64,000 nucleotides of DNA from Abditibacterium sp. (GCA_965199495.1 CBDASK010000003.1:2592001-2656000), one strand, 5' to 3'. Shown: positions 27,901 to 39,459, counted from the stretch's first letter. The notes: generated from the sequence alone by a model not told the origin. Translations and numbers: made by a program.

Positions 27901-29109
27901 ATGCAACGAGTTCGGGTGGGCATCATCGGGGCGAGCGCGGCGGTCGAGTGGGCGATTTTGCCCGTTTTGAGCGGGCCGGATGCGCTCTCGCCGCCCGATA
28001 GCGGCGCGTGGTGGCAACGGCGCCCGTCTCCGGCGGGCGATATTCGCTATCAGGCGCCCGCGACGCCCGAAGTCGTCGCGCTGTGTGATGCGCCGCCCGA
28101 ATCCGAGTGGGGCAAATCCAGCAAAGTTTCGCCGCGCTTGCAACAGATGGCGCGCGCTGCCCGCGTCGGCGCGGTTTATGCCGATCCGTTGGCTTTGCTG
28201 CGCGAAGTTCCGCTCGACGCGCTTTTATTATGCGAGGAAGATGCCTTCTCGCCCGCCGCCGTGGCTGCTCTGGCCGCGAGTGCGCCCGGAGTCAAAAACG
28301 GCGTGAGCGCGCCGCGCTGGTTATGGATCGAAGGCCCGCCCGCGCGTTCCAGTTTGGAATTAAATGCGTGGGCGCGCGCCGTCGCCGGGCGCAAACCGGC
28401 GTTGTGGATGGCCGCGCCCCTGCGCCGCGCCGCCGCCCATCGCGCCGCGCGTCGCCTCATCGAACGCGACGGCATCGGCGAAGTCACCGCGATTGGAGCG
28501 CGCTTGCCGTTCGCGCTCGATGGCGCGCGCTTTGGCGCCGCCTACGCCGCGTTCGAGATGCTGCTTTCGCTGCTGATTCCCACGCAAATGCCGCTCGACG
28601 TGACGGCGATTCGCCATCCCGATGGCGCCGCTAATGCCTTAGTTCGGTTCGCGGGCGGGGCCTCGATAAGCGCGCTGTTTGGCGCCGCCGACGCGTGGAA
28701 TGCGCCCCTGCCGCGCGTCGAAGTTTGCGGCACGCAGGGCCGCAGTCTGGTCTGCGAAAGCGGGCGCCGCTTGCTGCATTACGTGCCGCGCGAGGGCGCG
28801 CGCGTCTGGGAGCCGCCCGGTTTGGCCGCGCACGTTTCGGCGCCCGGCATCGCCGGATACGCCGAAGATTTGAAAGCGTTTTTGAGCGTCTGCACCGACA
28901 ACCCCGCGCCGTGGAGCGCCGAGCGCGCCCTCGATGACGCCGCGCGCGCTCTCAGCGTTTTGGAAGCGACGCTCCATTCGCTCGAAAGCGGCGCCACAAT
29001 TCCTATCGAAGCGCGCGGCATCACTTTGAATGTCGCGCCGCCCGATGCAGCCACGCCGGACGAATCGAGCGAAGCACCGCGCAATTTGACGCTCGATTTG
29101 GGCGAGTGA
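27901..29109 (+). CDS. Degenerate Gfo/Idh/MocA-like oxidoreductase
   Basis: VRVGIIGA, EVVALCD, VYADPLALL, WIEGP (EKP-like), LIERDGIGEV and VEVCGTQG. Confidence 0.6.
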   Translation: MQRVRVGIIGASAAVEWAILPVLSGPDALSPPDSGAWWQRRPSPAGDIRYQAPATPEVVALCDAPPESEWGKSSKVSPRLQQMARAARVGAVYADPLALLREVPLDALLLCEEDAFSPAAVAALAASAPGVKNGVSAPRWLWIEGPPARSSLELNAWARAVAGRKPALWMAAPLRRAAAHRAARRLIERDGIGEVTAIGARLPFALDGARFGAAYAAFEMLLSLLIPTQMPLDVTAIRHPDGAANALVRFAGGASISALFGAADAWNAPLPRVEVCGTQGRSLVCESGRRLLHYVPREGARVWEPPGLAAHVSAPGIAGYAEDLKAFLSVCTDNPAPWSAERALDDAARALSVLEATLHSLESGATIPIEARGITLNVAPPDAATPDESSEAPRNLTLDLGE

Positions 29110-29115
29110 AGTTCG

Positions 29116-31173
29116 CTAAATCTCTTCGATTTCCCACTCGTCATCGTCAACGCCGTGAAATTTGAGCAGTTTGCGGCAGTGACCTAATTTTGTTTCTGTA
29201 TCAGAATGGGTGTCCAAAAACCAGCCATTAGATAAATTTTTTGGGGACTGTGAATTCGGCTGATTGGAAACGAGATGCGGAAATTGTTGGCTCAAAACGT
29301 TGAAATCGGCGCCGTCTCCAACTAAAAATTCGCCGACGGCGCGCATGACATCCGACCAGTATTTCGTCGGCGTGCGAACGCCCTGAATCGTCACAGCGAG
29401 CGGCGAAGTTTTCTTGTTGGTTGGCGTTGGGTTGGGCATCACATCGCCAAAACTCGGCCACACTTCGATGATTTTTTCGATGAGCCAATTCGCGCGGCCT
29501 TGAATGGCGCGCGCGTTCCACTGTTCGATGTTGGGAGCGAAATACTCGCTATTAAGTTTGAGACCATGCGCGCGCAGTTTGACACGTTTTTCGGGGAACG
29601 AATCGTTTGATAAGCTGGAATTGTAACTCGAAGTGACCAGCGTCAAATTGCCCAGCGTATGTAACCATTCGTCGCTAACGCGCTGGGCTTCGGCACCCAG
29701 ATGCCCGCGCCACCAATCTGACAACGTTTGCGGCAAAATATGCTCGATGGTCGGCGCACTCCCCAGCATCGGGATGACATCGGTGCCTTCGTAGAGCGCG
29801 GTGTTGATGCGCTCGAAAATCATGATCGTCTTTTCTTTGACGCCAGCTTTGCCGTAAAAATCGTGGCGCGGCGCGACTTGATGAATTTTATCATCGCTGG
29901 GATAGTTCTTGCGGCCCAAAACCGCTGGAAGTGAAGCGGATAAATTAGCGAAATCAACGCTTTGACCGAGCGCGGCAAACATTTTGTTGAGATAAGAAGT
30001 CGGCTCGCCGCAGACAAAACGGCGCACCAAGTAATTCTCAACCGTTTTCAAGGCGCCCACATACTCACCAAGCGAAATTTCCTTGCGCGCATGGTAATCG
30101 GCCAGCATCAACAAAAACGGGTAAGAAACCGTGATGTCAAGCGCGTTGAGCCGCTCTAACCCCGCGCGCAAAGCGGCATCAGTGCCTTTGTCGGGGCGCA
30201 TAAGCCCCTCGTAAAGCGCCGCGAATCGCTTGAGTTCGCGTAGTTTTTCGATAAATTCGTCGCTCGAACACGTCTTCATCTCGTCGCGAAACCGCGCGTA
30301 AATTTTATTGTGCGGCGGTAGCGCGCCGAATTGCATGGCGTCGTAATGACGCAAAAACGAAGTCAACTCGCCCATACCAGAGCGGCCCAGAGTGCGCTCG
30401 TCATCCAAAAGGTCTTCGATGGGCGCCCAAATCTCCGAGAAAACTCTTTCCTGTGCCGCACTTGGCAAACGCATCGCGATATAGTTGCGCACCAGATCAA
30501 CTTCGCTCAATCGCTGACCTTTGGTGTTGAGCGATTCAAAAATTTGATGCGCGTCTTCGTCTTTGTCGAGTTCGACCCACACGATTTGGAACGCCGCCGT
30601 CAAAACCTCGAAAAACGGCTCGGCCTCAATGCGTTTCGACGATAGAGCATTTTGCAACTGGCCTTGGAAAAACTCGAAGGCGGGTAGGGCGTGGCTCTTG
30701 CCGATGGGAACTGGCTTACCTTCGGTAATCGCGCAATAAATCGCGCGGTCGTTATTCTTAGTGGTCGGTAAAATTTTCCACTTCAGATCACCTTTTGCGT
30801 AAGAGTTGGTAATCAAAGCGCGCGCCTGATTTTTCAAATCTTCGTCGTCATTGGTCGCTTCGGCAAACGCGCACAGCAGCAGCGAAAGCGTTGTCAATCT
30901 TTGTTGGCCATCAACCAAACGGTGAACTGGAATCGTGCCGTTGCTCACGCCCTGTGGCACAATAACAAGCGCGCCCAAAAAGTGTTCGGGCGAACTCTTT
31001 CGTTCGCCATTTCGGCTGGCAATCAGAGCATCATAAGTCGTGATGGCATCGTCCCACAAAGTTTGCCAGTGATGTTTTTCCCATCGGTATTCGCGTTGAA
31101 AATGGGGCAACACAAAGTGCATATGCCCTATATTTCCAAACGCCTCCGCGATAGTTTTTGAAGAGGCTTGCAT
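29116..31173 (-). CDS. DUF262-DUF1524 (GmrSD-like) modification-dependent nuclease with extra C-terminal domain
   Basis: VLPHFQREYRW, VDGQQRLTT and IFESLNTKG; HNH-like IEHILPQ...LGNLTL...YNSSLSN. Start taken at ATG 31173. Confidence 0.9.
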   Translation of the reverse strand: MQASSKTIAEAFGNIGHMHFVLPHFQREYRWEKHHWQTLWDDAITTYDALIASRNGERKSSPEHFLGALVIVPQGVSNGTIPVHRLVDGQQRLTTLSLLLCAFAEATNDDEDLKNQARALITNSYAKGDLKWKILPTTKNNDRAIYCAITEGKPVPIGKSHALPAFEFFQGQLQNALSSKRIEAEPFFEVLTAAFQIVWVELDKDEDAHQIFESLNTKGQRLSEVDLVRNYIAMRLPSAAQERVFSEIWAPIEDLLDDERTLGRSGMGELTSFLRHYDAMQFGALPPHNKIYARFRDEMKTCSSDEFIEKLRELKRFAALYEGLMRPDKGTDAALRAGLERLNALDITVSYPFLLMLADYHARKEISLGEYVGALKTVENYLVRRFVCGEPTSYLNKMFAALGQSVDFANLSASLPAVLGRKNYPSDDKIHQVAPRHDFYGKAGVKEKTIMIFERINTALYEGTDVIPMLGSAPTIEHILPQTLSDWWRGHLGAEAQRVSDEWLHTLGNLTLVTSSYNSSLSNDSFPEKRVKLRAHGLKLNSEYFAPNIEQWNARAIQGRANWLIEKIIEVWPSFGDVMPNPTPTNKKTSPLAVTIQGVRTPTKYWSDVMRAVGEFLVGDGADFNVLSQQFPHLVSNQPNSQSPKNLSNGWFLDTHSDTETKLGHCRKLLKFHGVDDDEWEIEEI

Positions 31174-31276
31174 AAGATTAACAAAACTAATTTTAGTTGA
31201 ACGACGATTTACCAACAACGAGATTTTATACTCTTTCAAAATAAAGTCGCTGAATTCTCCCCCACATAATCCGTTT

Positions 31277-32479
31277 ATGCTCACTTCTCCATCCGAATCT
31301 GTGCCCAATTTTACGCTCGACCCGCAGGGAATGCGCGGGACAGCAACCGCGCGACATTTGCGAAAGTTGCGACAGCGCAAGCAATGGCAAAGCGCCCTCG
31401 TCGTCGCGCTACTCATCATCGGCGTGGCTGCTCTGGGTTGGTGGGCGTTGCAGCCGCGCGCGGGCGGGTTCGATGTGCAAAACGCGCAAACTTTACCGCT
31501 CGATTTGAGCGCGCCCGCGTCGCTCGACGATAAGGGCAATTTGTGGCTGGGGAGTCGGAGCGGAGCGTTGTGGGAAATAGATGCTAATGGCCAAAGCCAA
31601 CGTGTGGGCGCGACTTCGCTGGCGGGCGCGCCGCCCCTCGTCAGCGCGGGCGGCAGCGTTTATGTCCCCGGTTTGGATGGCACTTTGACGGCGCTCGGCG
31701 CCGCGAACAAAACGTTATGGACGCGCGGCTTGGGCGCCGCGCTTTCGACAACTCCGGCACTGTTTCACGACAAAAACTCGGCGATTTTGGCCGTTGGCGA
31801 TGGCGACGGCAACGTCGCGGGATTGGATGCGAGCAACGGCAAAACGCGATGGAATACGAAATTGGATGGCTCCATCGGTGACGCAATTGTGGTGGCGCGC
31901 GAAGATTTTATCGTGCCGACGTTGGCGAGCGGCGTCTGGCGCGGCGGTCTGGTGGGCTTGGACGCGCGCACCGGGCGCATCCGGTGGCATTTTACTGGTG
32001 ATAATCAACGCGCGGGGGGCGTGGCTGCTCCGGCGTTCGATAGTGCGAGCGGGCGCCTTTACTGGAATAATGACGAAGGCGAAATCGCCTGTTTAGATGC
32101 TATTACCGGACGCGTTGTCTGGCAAAGTGCTTTGATGTCCAACGCGACGATGAGCGTGATGCTGCGCGCGCGCCCGGTTATTTTTGGCGAAAGCGTGATC
32201 GTCGGCGGCAACGACGGCGCCCTGCGCTCGCTCAGCACGAGCGACGGCAAACGCCGTTGGACGACGCTTCTGGACGCGCCGATTCGCGCGCTGGACGCGG
32301 CCAAAGTCGGCGGGCAACCCGCGATTTTGGCGACGACCGCACGCGAAATCGTGCTGGTTGATGCAGCCACCGGCACCATTATCGGGCGCGACAAAGGTCA
32401 AATGGCGTGGCCGATGCCCAATGGGCAAGGTGGCGTTATCGTCGGCAAAAATGGTAAATGGCGTCGCGTGATTTGGTGA
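31277..32479 (+). CDS. PQQ-binding-like beta-propeller membrane-anchored protein
   Basis: N-terminal TM helix; repeated LDAxxG..W motifs. Confidence 0.85.
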   Translation: MLTSPSESVPNFTLDPQGMRGTATARHLRKLRQRKQWQSALVVALLIIGVAALGWWALQPRAGGFDVQNAQTLPLDLSAPASLDDKGNLWLGSRSGALWEIDANGQSQRVGATSLAGAPPLVSAGGSVYVPGLDGTLTALGAANKTLWTRGLGAALSTTPALFHDKNSAILAVGDGDGNVAGLDASNGKTRWNTKLDGSIGDAIVVAREDFIVPTLASGVWRGGLVGLDARTGRIRWHFTGDNQRAGGVAAPAFDSASGRLYWNNDEGEIACLDAITGRVVWQSALMSNATMSVMLRARPVIFGESVIVGGNDGALRSLSTSDGKRRWTTLLDAPIRALDAAKVGGQPAILATTAREIVLVDAATGTIIGRDKGQMAWPMPNGQGGVIVGKNGKWRRVIW

Positions 32480-32500
32480 AAATAAATCGGGTCGAAATAA

Positions 32501-32532
32501 AAAAGAATAGAACCGATACCGGTTCTATTCTT
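32501..32532. terminator. Bidirectional terminator
   Basis: AAAGAATAGAACCG-ATAC-CGGTTCTATTCTTT between convergent genes. Confidence 0.7.
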
Positions 32533-32542
32533 TCGCTTTGGA

Positions 32543-32878
32543 TTACGCGTTTTTACTCTCTAATTCGGCGCGCATTTTTTCGATTTCCAATAGTAATTTG
32601 AAAACTACCTCGACGCCCGCCAGATTAACACCCAAATCCTGCGTTAAATGTTGAATTTTGCGCACACGTTCGATGTCGGCTTCGGTGAATAAGCGCACGT
32701 TGTTATCGGTGCGTTGCGGCGCGATTAACCCCATTTTTTCGTAGGTTCGCAGCGTCTGCGGATGGGTTTCGACCATCTCGGCCACGACCGAAATATAATA
32801 AAAAGCGCTTTCTTCCTGCGCGTTTGCTTTTGCTTGCGCTGTGCCCTTTTCGTCGGAGTTTGTGTTGGCTTCGCGCAT
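32543..32878 (-). CDS. hspR: MerR-family heat-shock repressor HspR
   Basis: YISVVAEMVETHPQTLRTYE...LTQDLGVNLAGV; last gene of the dnaK-dnaJ operon. Confidence 0.88.
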   Translation of the reverse strand: MREANTNSDEKGTAQAKANAQEESAFYYISVVAEMVETHPQTLRTYEKMGLIAPQRTDNNVRLFTEADIERVRKIQHLTQDLGVNLAGVEVVFKLLLEIEKMRAELESKNA

Positions 32879-32905
32879 AATTTATCACCTCTGGGGAATT
32901 AAAAA

Positions 32906-33979
32906 TTAGTTCAGACTTTTCGGCAAATGCGAGCGCACATCGTCGGGGCGGAGCGCCGTTAATTCTTCGATTAACTCGGTTTCACGCTCGGTCAAATCTT
33001 TGGGCACGGCGATTTTAATTGTCACCATTTCGTCGCCCGCGTTGCCGCTTTTGGGTTGAATTCCGCGTCCGCTCAACCGAAAGGTTTGGCCGCTTTGCGT
33101 GCCCGCCGGGATTTTCAAAGTGACAGTTCCATCCATCGTCGGCACGGGAATTTGCGCTCCCAGCGCGGCTTCGGCAAACGAAACCGGCACCTCGATTTTG
33201 AGGTTGTTGCCGTCGCGCTTCCAAAACGGATCGGAGCGCACGTTGACGGCCAAATACATATCGCCGTTTGGCCCGCCGCTCGAAGACGACGCGCCCTTGC
33301 CGCTGACTTTTACGCGCGTGCCGCTCGAAACTCCGGCGGGAATTTTTACCGTGACATCACGTTTTTCTTCGCGCCCGTCGTCGCTGCGGATAATCAAGTT
33401 CAAACGTCTTTGCGTGCCCTTGACCGATTCAGCGAACGAAATATCCACCGGTTGCTCGACATCGCCGCCTTTTTGTGGGCCGCGCCGCGCGTTGTTGCCG
33501 CCGCCACGAAAATTGCCGAACAATTCGTTGAACAAATTGCCGCCTTCGCCCTGACTTTGCTGTCCGCGCGCCCCACCGAAACCGCCCGGCATGCCGCCGC
33601 CACGCCCGCCGCTCTGCGCCTGTTGCGCCTGGCGTAGCAATTCTTCGATATCAATGCCGCCCGCGAAACCGCCAGCGCCGGGTTGTCCGCCGGGGTAGCC
33701 ACCGCCATAACCGCCGCCCGATGATGGGCCGGGGCCGCCGGTGTAGCCGGGCGGAATTTTGTCGAAATCTTCGCCCCACTGGTCGTAGAGTTTGCGTTTG
33801 TCGGGGTCGGATAAGACCTGAAACGCTGCGCTAATCTCTTTGAATTTGGCCTCGGCGTTGGGATTATTGGGGTTCACGTCCGGGTGAAACTCGCGCGCCA
33901 ATTTCCGATAAGCGCTTTTAATCGCCTTTTCGTCCACGTCGCGCGCCACTCCGAGCGTCTTGTAAAAATCTTTGGCCAT
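32906..33979 (-). CDS. dnaJ: DnaJ class B co-chaperone (CbpA-like, no zinc finger)
   Basis: J domain with HPD, G/F-rich linker and C-terminal domain; no CxxCxGxG repeats. Confidence 0.9.
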   Translation of the reverse strand: MAKDFYKTLGVARDVDEKAIKSAYRKLAREFHPDVNPNNPNAEAKFKEISAAFQVLSDPDKRKLYDQWGEDFDKIPPGYTGGPGPSSGGGYGGGYPGGQPGAGGFAGGIDIEELLRQAQQAQSGGRGGGMPGGFGGARGQQSQGEGGNLFNELFGNFRGGGNNARRGPQKGGDVEQPVDISFAESVKGTQRRLNLIIRSDDGREEKRDVTVKIPAGVSSGTRVKVSGKGASSSSGGPNGDMYLAVNVRSDPFWKRDGNNLKIEVPVSFAEAALGAQIPVPTMDGTVTLKIPAGTQSGQTFRLSGRGIQPKSGNAGDEMVTIKIAVPKDLTERETELIEELTALRPDDVRSHLPKSLN

Positions 33980-33985
33980 TTTAGT

Positions 33986-34089
33986 AAGTAGCAAGGGACA
34001 AGGAGCAGGGGACAAGGTGGGGCGAATGAAGCGAACTCATAAAGTTGCGATTTCCATTCCTGTTCCCTGCTCCTTGTCCCTTGCTACTT
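33986..34089. repeat. Inverted pair of short heptamer-like tandem repeats between dnaK and dnaJ
   Basis: AAGTAGCAAGGGACAAGGAGCAGGG...CCCTGCTCCTTGTCCCTTGCTACTT. Confidence 0.75.
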
Positions 34090-34094
34090 GCGCC

Positions 34095-35966
<1,872 letters not shown>

Positions 35967-36100
35967 TTATTTTTCATTTCTCCCGTTGATTTTGAGTCTG
36001 AGTGACACGCCTGTTCAACCAGCCACGCGCACCTCAAACCAGCAGCTTTCGCCTTGTCGCAAGAGCAGTGCCGATTTATTTTTATAAAGGTGTGGTCGAG

Positions 36101-36121
36101 GTTGAGTGTAATGCACTTAAC
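36101..36121. promoter_or_regulatory. HAIR-like HspR operator upstream of dnaK
   Basis: GTTGAGT-N7-ACTTAAC versus the HAIR consensus CTTGAGT-N7-ACTCAAG; a half-site TTTGAGT lies at 35991-35997. Confidence 0.75.
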
Positions 36122-36157
36122 TAAACGACTGGTTTGTGTGAGCGGTTCCAACGTTTA

Positions 36158-36308
36158 TTAGCCACCAAGAGCACCAAGAAGACACCAAGGGCCACTAAAG
36201 AAGAGAAATGAAATTTAGAACGGAATCGCTTGAAATATGCTTTGTGGTTTGAGTTGCTTCGTTCTTCTTTGTGCCCCTTGGTGTCTTCTTGGTGTTCTTC
36301 TTGGCCAA
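36158..36308. repeat. Inverted arrays of CACCAAG-type short repeats
   Basis: CACCAAG x3 then CACTAAAG on the left; CTTTGTG then CTTGGTG x2 on the right. Confidence 0.75.
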
Positions 36309-36314
36309 AAACAA

Positions 36315-36348
36315 AAACCGCGCTTTTCAGTGAAGAAAAGCGCGGTTT
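36315..36348. terminator. Probable intrinsic terminator
   Basis: AAACCGCGCTTTTC-AGTGAA-GAAAAGCGCGGTTT. Confidence 0.65.
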
Positions 36349-36372
36349 GAGGTCAAACTCGTAAATTTAAAT

Positions 36373-36558
36373 TTACGAATCGCTGGACGCGGAATCGGGC
36401 AAACCGACGTTTTGCGACCAGACGGGCACGACATTATAGGTGGTCTCGCCGAAGCAACGGCGGCATACCAGGGGGGCTTTACGCATGGCGATGGCGCCGA
36501 ACGCGGTTTTCACCGGCTGGCCGCACATCGAGCAGTTTTGTTGGGTTTTTGTTGACAT
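36373..36558 (-). CDS. Small putative zinc-binding protein (61 aa)
   Basis: GAGGTG Shine-Dalgarno before ATG; CSMC and CRRC pairs; terminator downstream. Confidence 0.6.
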   Translation of the reverse strand: MSTKTQQNCSMCGQPVKTAFGAIAMRKAPLVCRRCFGETTYNVVPVWSQNVGLPDSASSDS

Positions 36559-36787
36559 CTCACACCTCGCTTGCATTGGGTTGGGGTTGCACAGCAGGAC
36601 GGAAAGGCTAACGCGACGTTCCGGGCGCGGCAAGGTTTAGCAGGGTCAAATTTTGTGGTTAGAGTTCTCATATTGGCTCGAAAACTCGGTTTTTTTGCCA
36701 ATGCGCCGCGTAATTACGGTAATATCAGGGGTGTTTCGCGCTTTGCTTTGGCCGTTTTCGGCGAGCTTTTCGCCCGAAATTTTTCTT

Positions 36788-38095
36788 ATGAGAATCGTCT
36801 CAATCACTCGCTATTTGTTTTGCGTTGCGCTTTTGATGTGTTTGTGTTTTGCGCCCGCAACTCTGGCCCAAACTGCCGCACCGGCGACAAATGCAGCCAC
36901 GCCGCCTTCAACATCCGCTTCGGCGTCGGTTCAGATTGGCGGACGCGAACTCTTCAGCGTGACGGGCGCCGATCAGACCGAAGCCTTGCAGCGCGCCGAT
37001 TTGATCAATGGGCGTTTGCAGCGTTTGATCGAGCGCGCCGATAAAGTGCCGCGTTGGAACGCCACGGACTTGCAAACGCGCAATGGCGCGCCGACGATTA
37101 TTCTGGGCGGCGAAGAGATTCTCTCGATTTCGCCCTCGGACGCCGCCGCCAACGACATGACCGTCCCGCAACTCGCGCAGGAGTGGGGCTACTCGCTTTC
37201 GAGCGCGGTGCGCGCCACGCGCGTCACGCACGGCAGCCCATTTTCGGGCATCGCCGTGACGGTGGCTGGTTCGATTACACAGCTCATTTTAAATATTGTC
37301 GCGTGGTTTCCCCGCTTGTTGGGCGCGCTGTTGCTGGCGATTCTGTTCTGGTTTTTCGCGCGCGGCGTGCGCGCTTTGGCCCGGCGCGCGACACGCAATT
37401 CGCACTTCGATCCCAACTTGCAACAGCTCGTTCTGGCGCTGTCGTTTTATGGCGTGTGGGCGCTGGGTTTCTTGGCGATTTTGTCGGCGCTGGGCGTGGA
37501 TAGTTCCAGCATCGCGGCGACCGTCGGCGTTTCGGGTTTCGTGCTGGGTTTCGCCTTTAAAGACGTGTTGTCCCACTTTTTCGCCGGTTTGATGCTATTG
37601 TCCAGTCGCCAACTGACGATTGGCGGGCAAATCGTGATTAAAGATTTCGAGGGCACCGTCGAGGCGATAGACCTGCGCGCGACGCGTTTGCGCCTGTTCG
37701 ACGGGCGCATGGTCACGATTCCCAACGGCGACGTTTTCAATTCGGCGGTCATTTCCAACACGGCCAGCCCGATGCGGCGCCGCGAATTTCACGTCTCGAT
37801 TGGCCTCGAAGACGACGCGCGCGAGGCGATTGAACTCGCCACCAAAACCGTCGAAGGCGTCGAGGGCGTGCTGAGCGAACCCGCCGTCAAAGTCGTCGCC
37901 AGCGATTTGAACGCGCCCGTCGGCATGGGCGTTTCGTCGGTCGAATTGCAAATCATGTTTCACGTCGCCAGCGACAATCCGCGCTACTTCGATATTTTGA
38001 GCGAGTGCATTCTGCGCGTCAAAAGCGAATTCGAGAAAGCGGGCATTACCATGCCCAGCAACGCCGCCGCGCCGAGTAGCGCGGCGAAAGATTGA
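36788..38095 (+). CDS. Mechanosensitive ion channel MscS family with N-terminal periplasmic extension
   Basis: LGFAFKDVLSHFFAG, EGTVEAIDLRAT and DGRMVTIPN motifs. Confidence 0.9.
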   Translation: MRIVSITRYLFCVALLMCLCFAPATLAQTAAPATNAATPPSTSASASVQIGGRELFSVTGADQTEALQRADLINGRLQRLIERADKVPRWNATDLQTRNGAPTIILGGEEILSISPSDAAANDMTVPQLAQEWGYSLSSAVRATRVTHGSPFSGIAVTVAGSITQLILNIVAWFPRLLGALLLAILFWFFARGVRALARRATRNSHFDPNLQQLVLALSFYGVWALGFLAILSALGVDSSSIAATVGVSGFVLGFAFKDVLSHFFAGLMLLSSRQLTIGGQIVIKDFEGTVEAIDLRATRLRLFDGRMVTIPNGDVFNSAVISNTASPMRRREFHVSIGLEDDAREAIELATKTVEGVEGVLSEPAVKVVASDLNAPVGMGVSSVELQIMFHVASDNPRYFDILSECILRVKSEFEKAGITMPSNAAAPSSAAKD

Positions 38096-38120
38096 AATTC
38101 CGTTCTCAAGCGGGCACTTC

Positions 38121-38451
38121 GCTTCGAGCGGGGCTGGCGCCCAATGGCATTGCATTAAAGTGGAGGGCACTATGACTCACACCCGTGAAGGTTTGGCCGG
38201 AATGAGTCAGTTGGTGGCCATTAAAGTGGAGGGCAGTATGACTCACACCCCCACTGCCTTCGGCATCTCCCCCTCCGAGAGGGGAAGAATGCCTCATAAA
38301 GTAAAAGAGCTTGCTTAGTCAATGCGAAGTGGCGAAATAACTGAGGCATTCTTCCCCTCTCGGAGGGGGAGATGCCGAAGGCAGTGGGGGTGTGAGTCAT
38401 ACTGCCCTCCACTTTAATGCAATGCCATTGGGCGCCAGCCCCGCTCGAAGC
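38121..38451. repeat. Compound long palindrome (family C) with internal direct duplication
   Basis: Perfect 78-nt arms at 38219-38296 and 38342-38419; outer arm 38121-38184 pairs with 38388-38451. Confidence 0.85.
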
Positions 38452-38454
38452 AAT

Positions 38455-39459
38455 TTACACCGCGCTCAACCAAGCGCGATAAACCACGCCGTCTTCGCGT
38501 AATTTGAGCGTCGCTCCCAACGCGTGCAAACCCGCATCGAGCGCGATTTGCGCTTCGGGCGTGCCGATAATTTCCGGTTCCAACAAACGCTGCAAATTGA
38601 ATTCGAGCCAGATAATCCATTTGCCCAGAACGCCGTCAACCGCCGTTTCCAATGCAGCTACGTCGAGCGCATTGGCGCTGCGATAGCCGTCGAAAAACGC
38701 CGCGAAGCTGGCTTTGTCGGGCGCGCCCGCCGATTGTCCGGCCCAACTCAAACCTGCGCCCATCGCTTCCAATGCCGGATGAATCGGTTTGGCGTTTTCC
38801 CAATCCAAAATCGTCGGGTTTTCGTTCTGCCACAACACGTTTTTCTGGTCGAAATCCAAATGGCCCGTCACCCAATTTTCGCGCAGTTGACACTGCGCGC
38901 GCATCGCCAAATCGTTGGCCTCTTCGATTTCGTTCAACGCGTTTGCGAGCGGTTCGGCAAACGGCGCGTTTTGTTCTTTGGCGCGCGTTAAAATCGCGCG
39001 GAAATGCCCGCGCTCGAACGCTTCGGGCGTCGGCTCGTTTTGGCCCGCAAAACGGATTTTGAGCGCGTGCAACGCGCCCAAATGCGCCCCCATTTGTTTG
39101 CAACGCGGCGGCGTGGCTGGAGTGGGCGGCAAAGTTTGACCGTCAATCCACGGATACAGCGAAATCCACTGCGCGCCGACGTTTTGCAAAAATTGGCCGT
39201 TCATGCCGCGCATCGCCGCTAACGCCGGAATGCCGTGTTGCGCGGCCATGCTCGCCAGCGTTTCGGCTTGCTCCAGGCGCGCGCGCGCGTCCGCCGTGGC
39301 TGTTGCGCGCGGCGACCACAATTTCAACGCGTAAATTGAATCGGCGGTTTGCACGCGCAGCAAACGGTGCGTCAAACCGCCCGCGACAAATTCGGCGTTT
39401 TGGGGCGCTTCGATGTCGAAGAGCGGCAGGGCAGAGCGGGCAATTTCAAGGGTTGTCAT
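38455..39459 (-). CDS. Aminoglycoside-phosphotransferase/choline-kinase-like protein
   Basis: GGLTH, YALK, LGALH, HLDFDQKNVL and ILDWE motifs. Confidence 0.82.
   Translation of the reverse strand: MTTLEIARSALPLFDIEAPQNAEFVAGGLTHRLLRVQTADSIYALKLWSPRATATADARARLEQAETLASMAAQHGIPALAAMRGMNGQFLQNVGAQWISLYPWIDGQTLPPTPATPPRCKQMGAHLGALHALKIRFAGQNEPTPEAFERGHFRAILTRAKEQNAPFAEPLANALNEIEEANDLAMRAQCQLRENWVTGHLDFDQKNVLWQNENPTILDWENAKPIHPALEAMGAGLSWAGQSAGAPDKASFAAFFDGYRSANALDVAALETAVDGVLGKWIIWLEFNLQRLLEPEIIGTPEAQIALDAGLHALGATLKLREDGVVYRAWLSAV

Noticed and set aside
31174..31539. 122-aa N-terminal extension of the DUF262 ORF
   Set aside because: It overlaps the divergent PQQ-propeller gene; the DUF262 domain begins after ATG 31173.
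38153..38250. Repeat-spacer-repeat with CRISPR-like dimensions (32/34/32 nt)
   Set aside because: Only two direct copies, which are part of a larger palindrome; no cas genes or leader. Kept as a repeat finding only.
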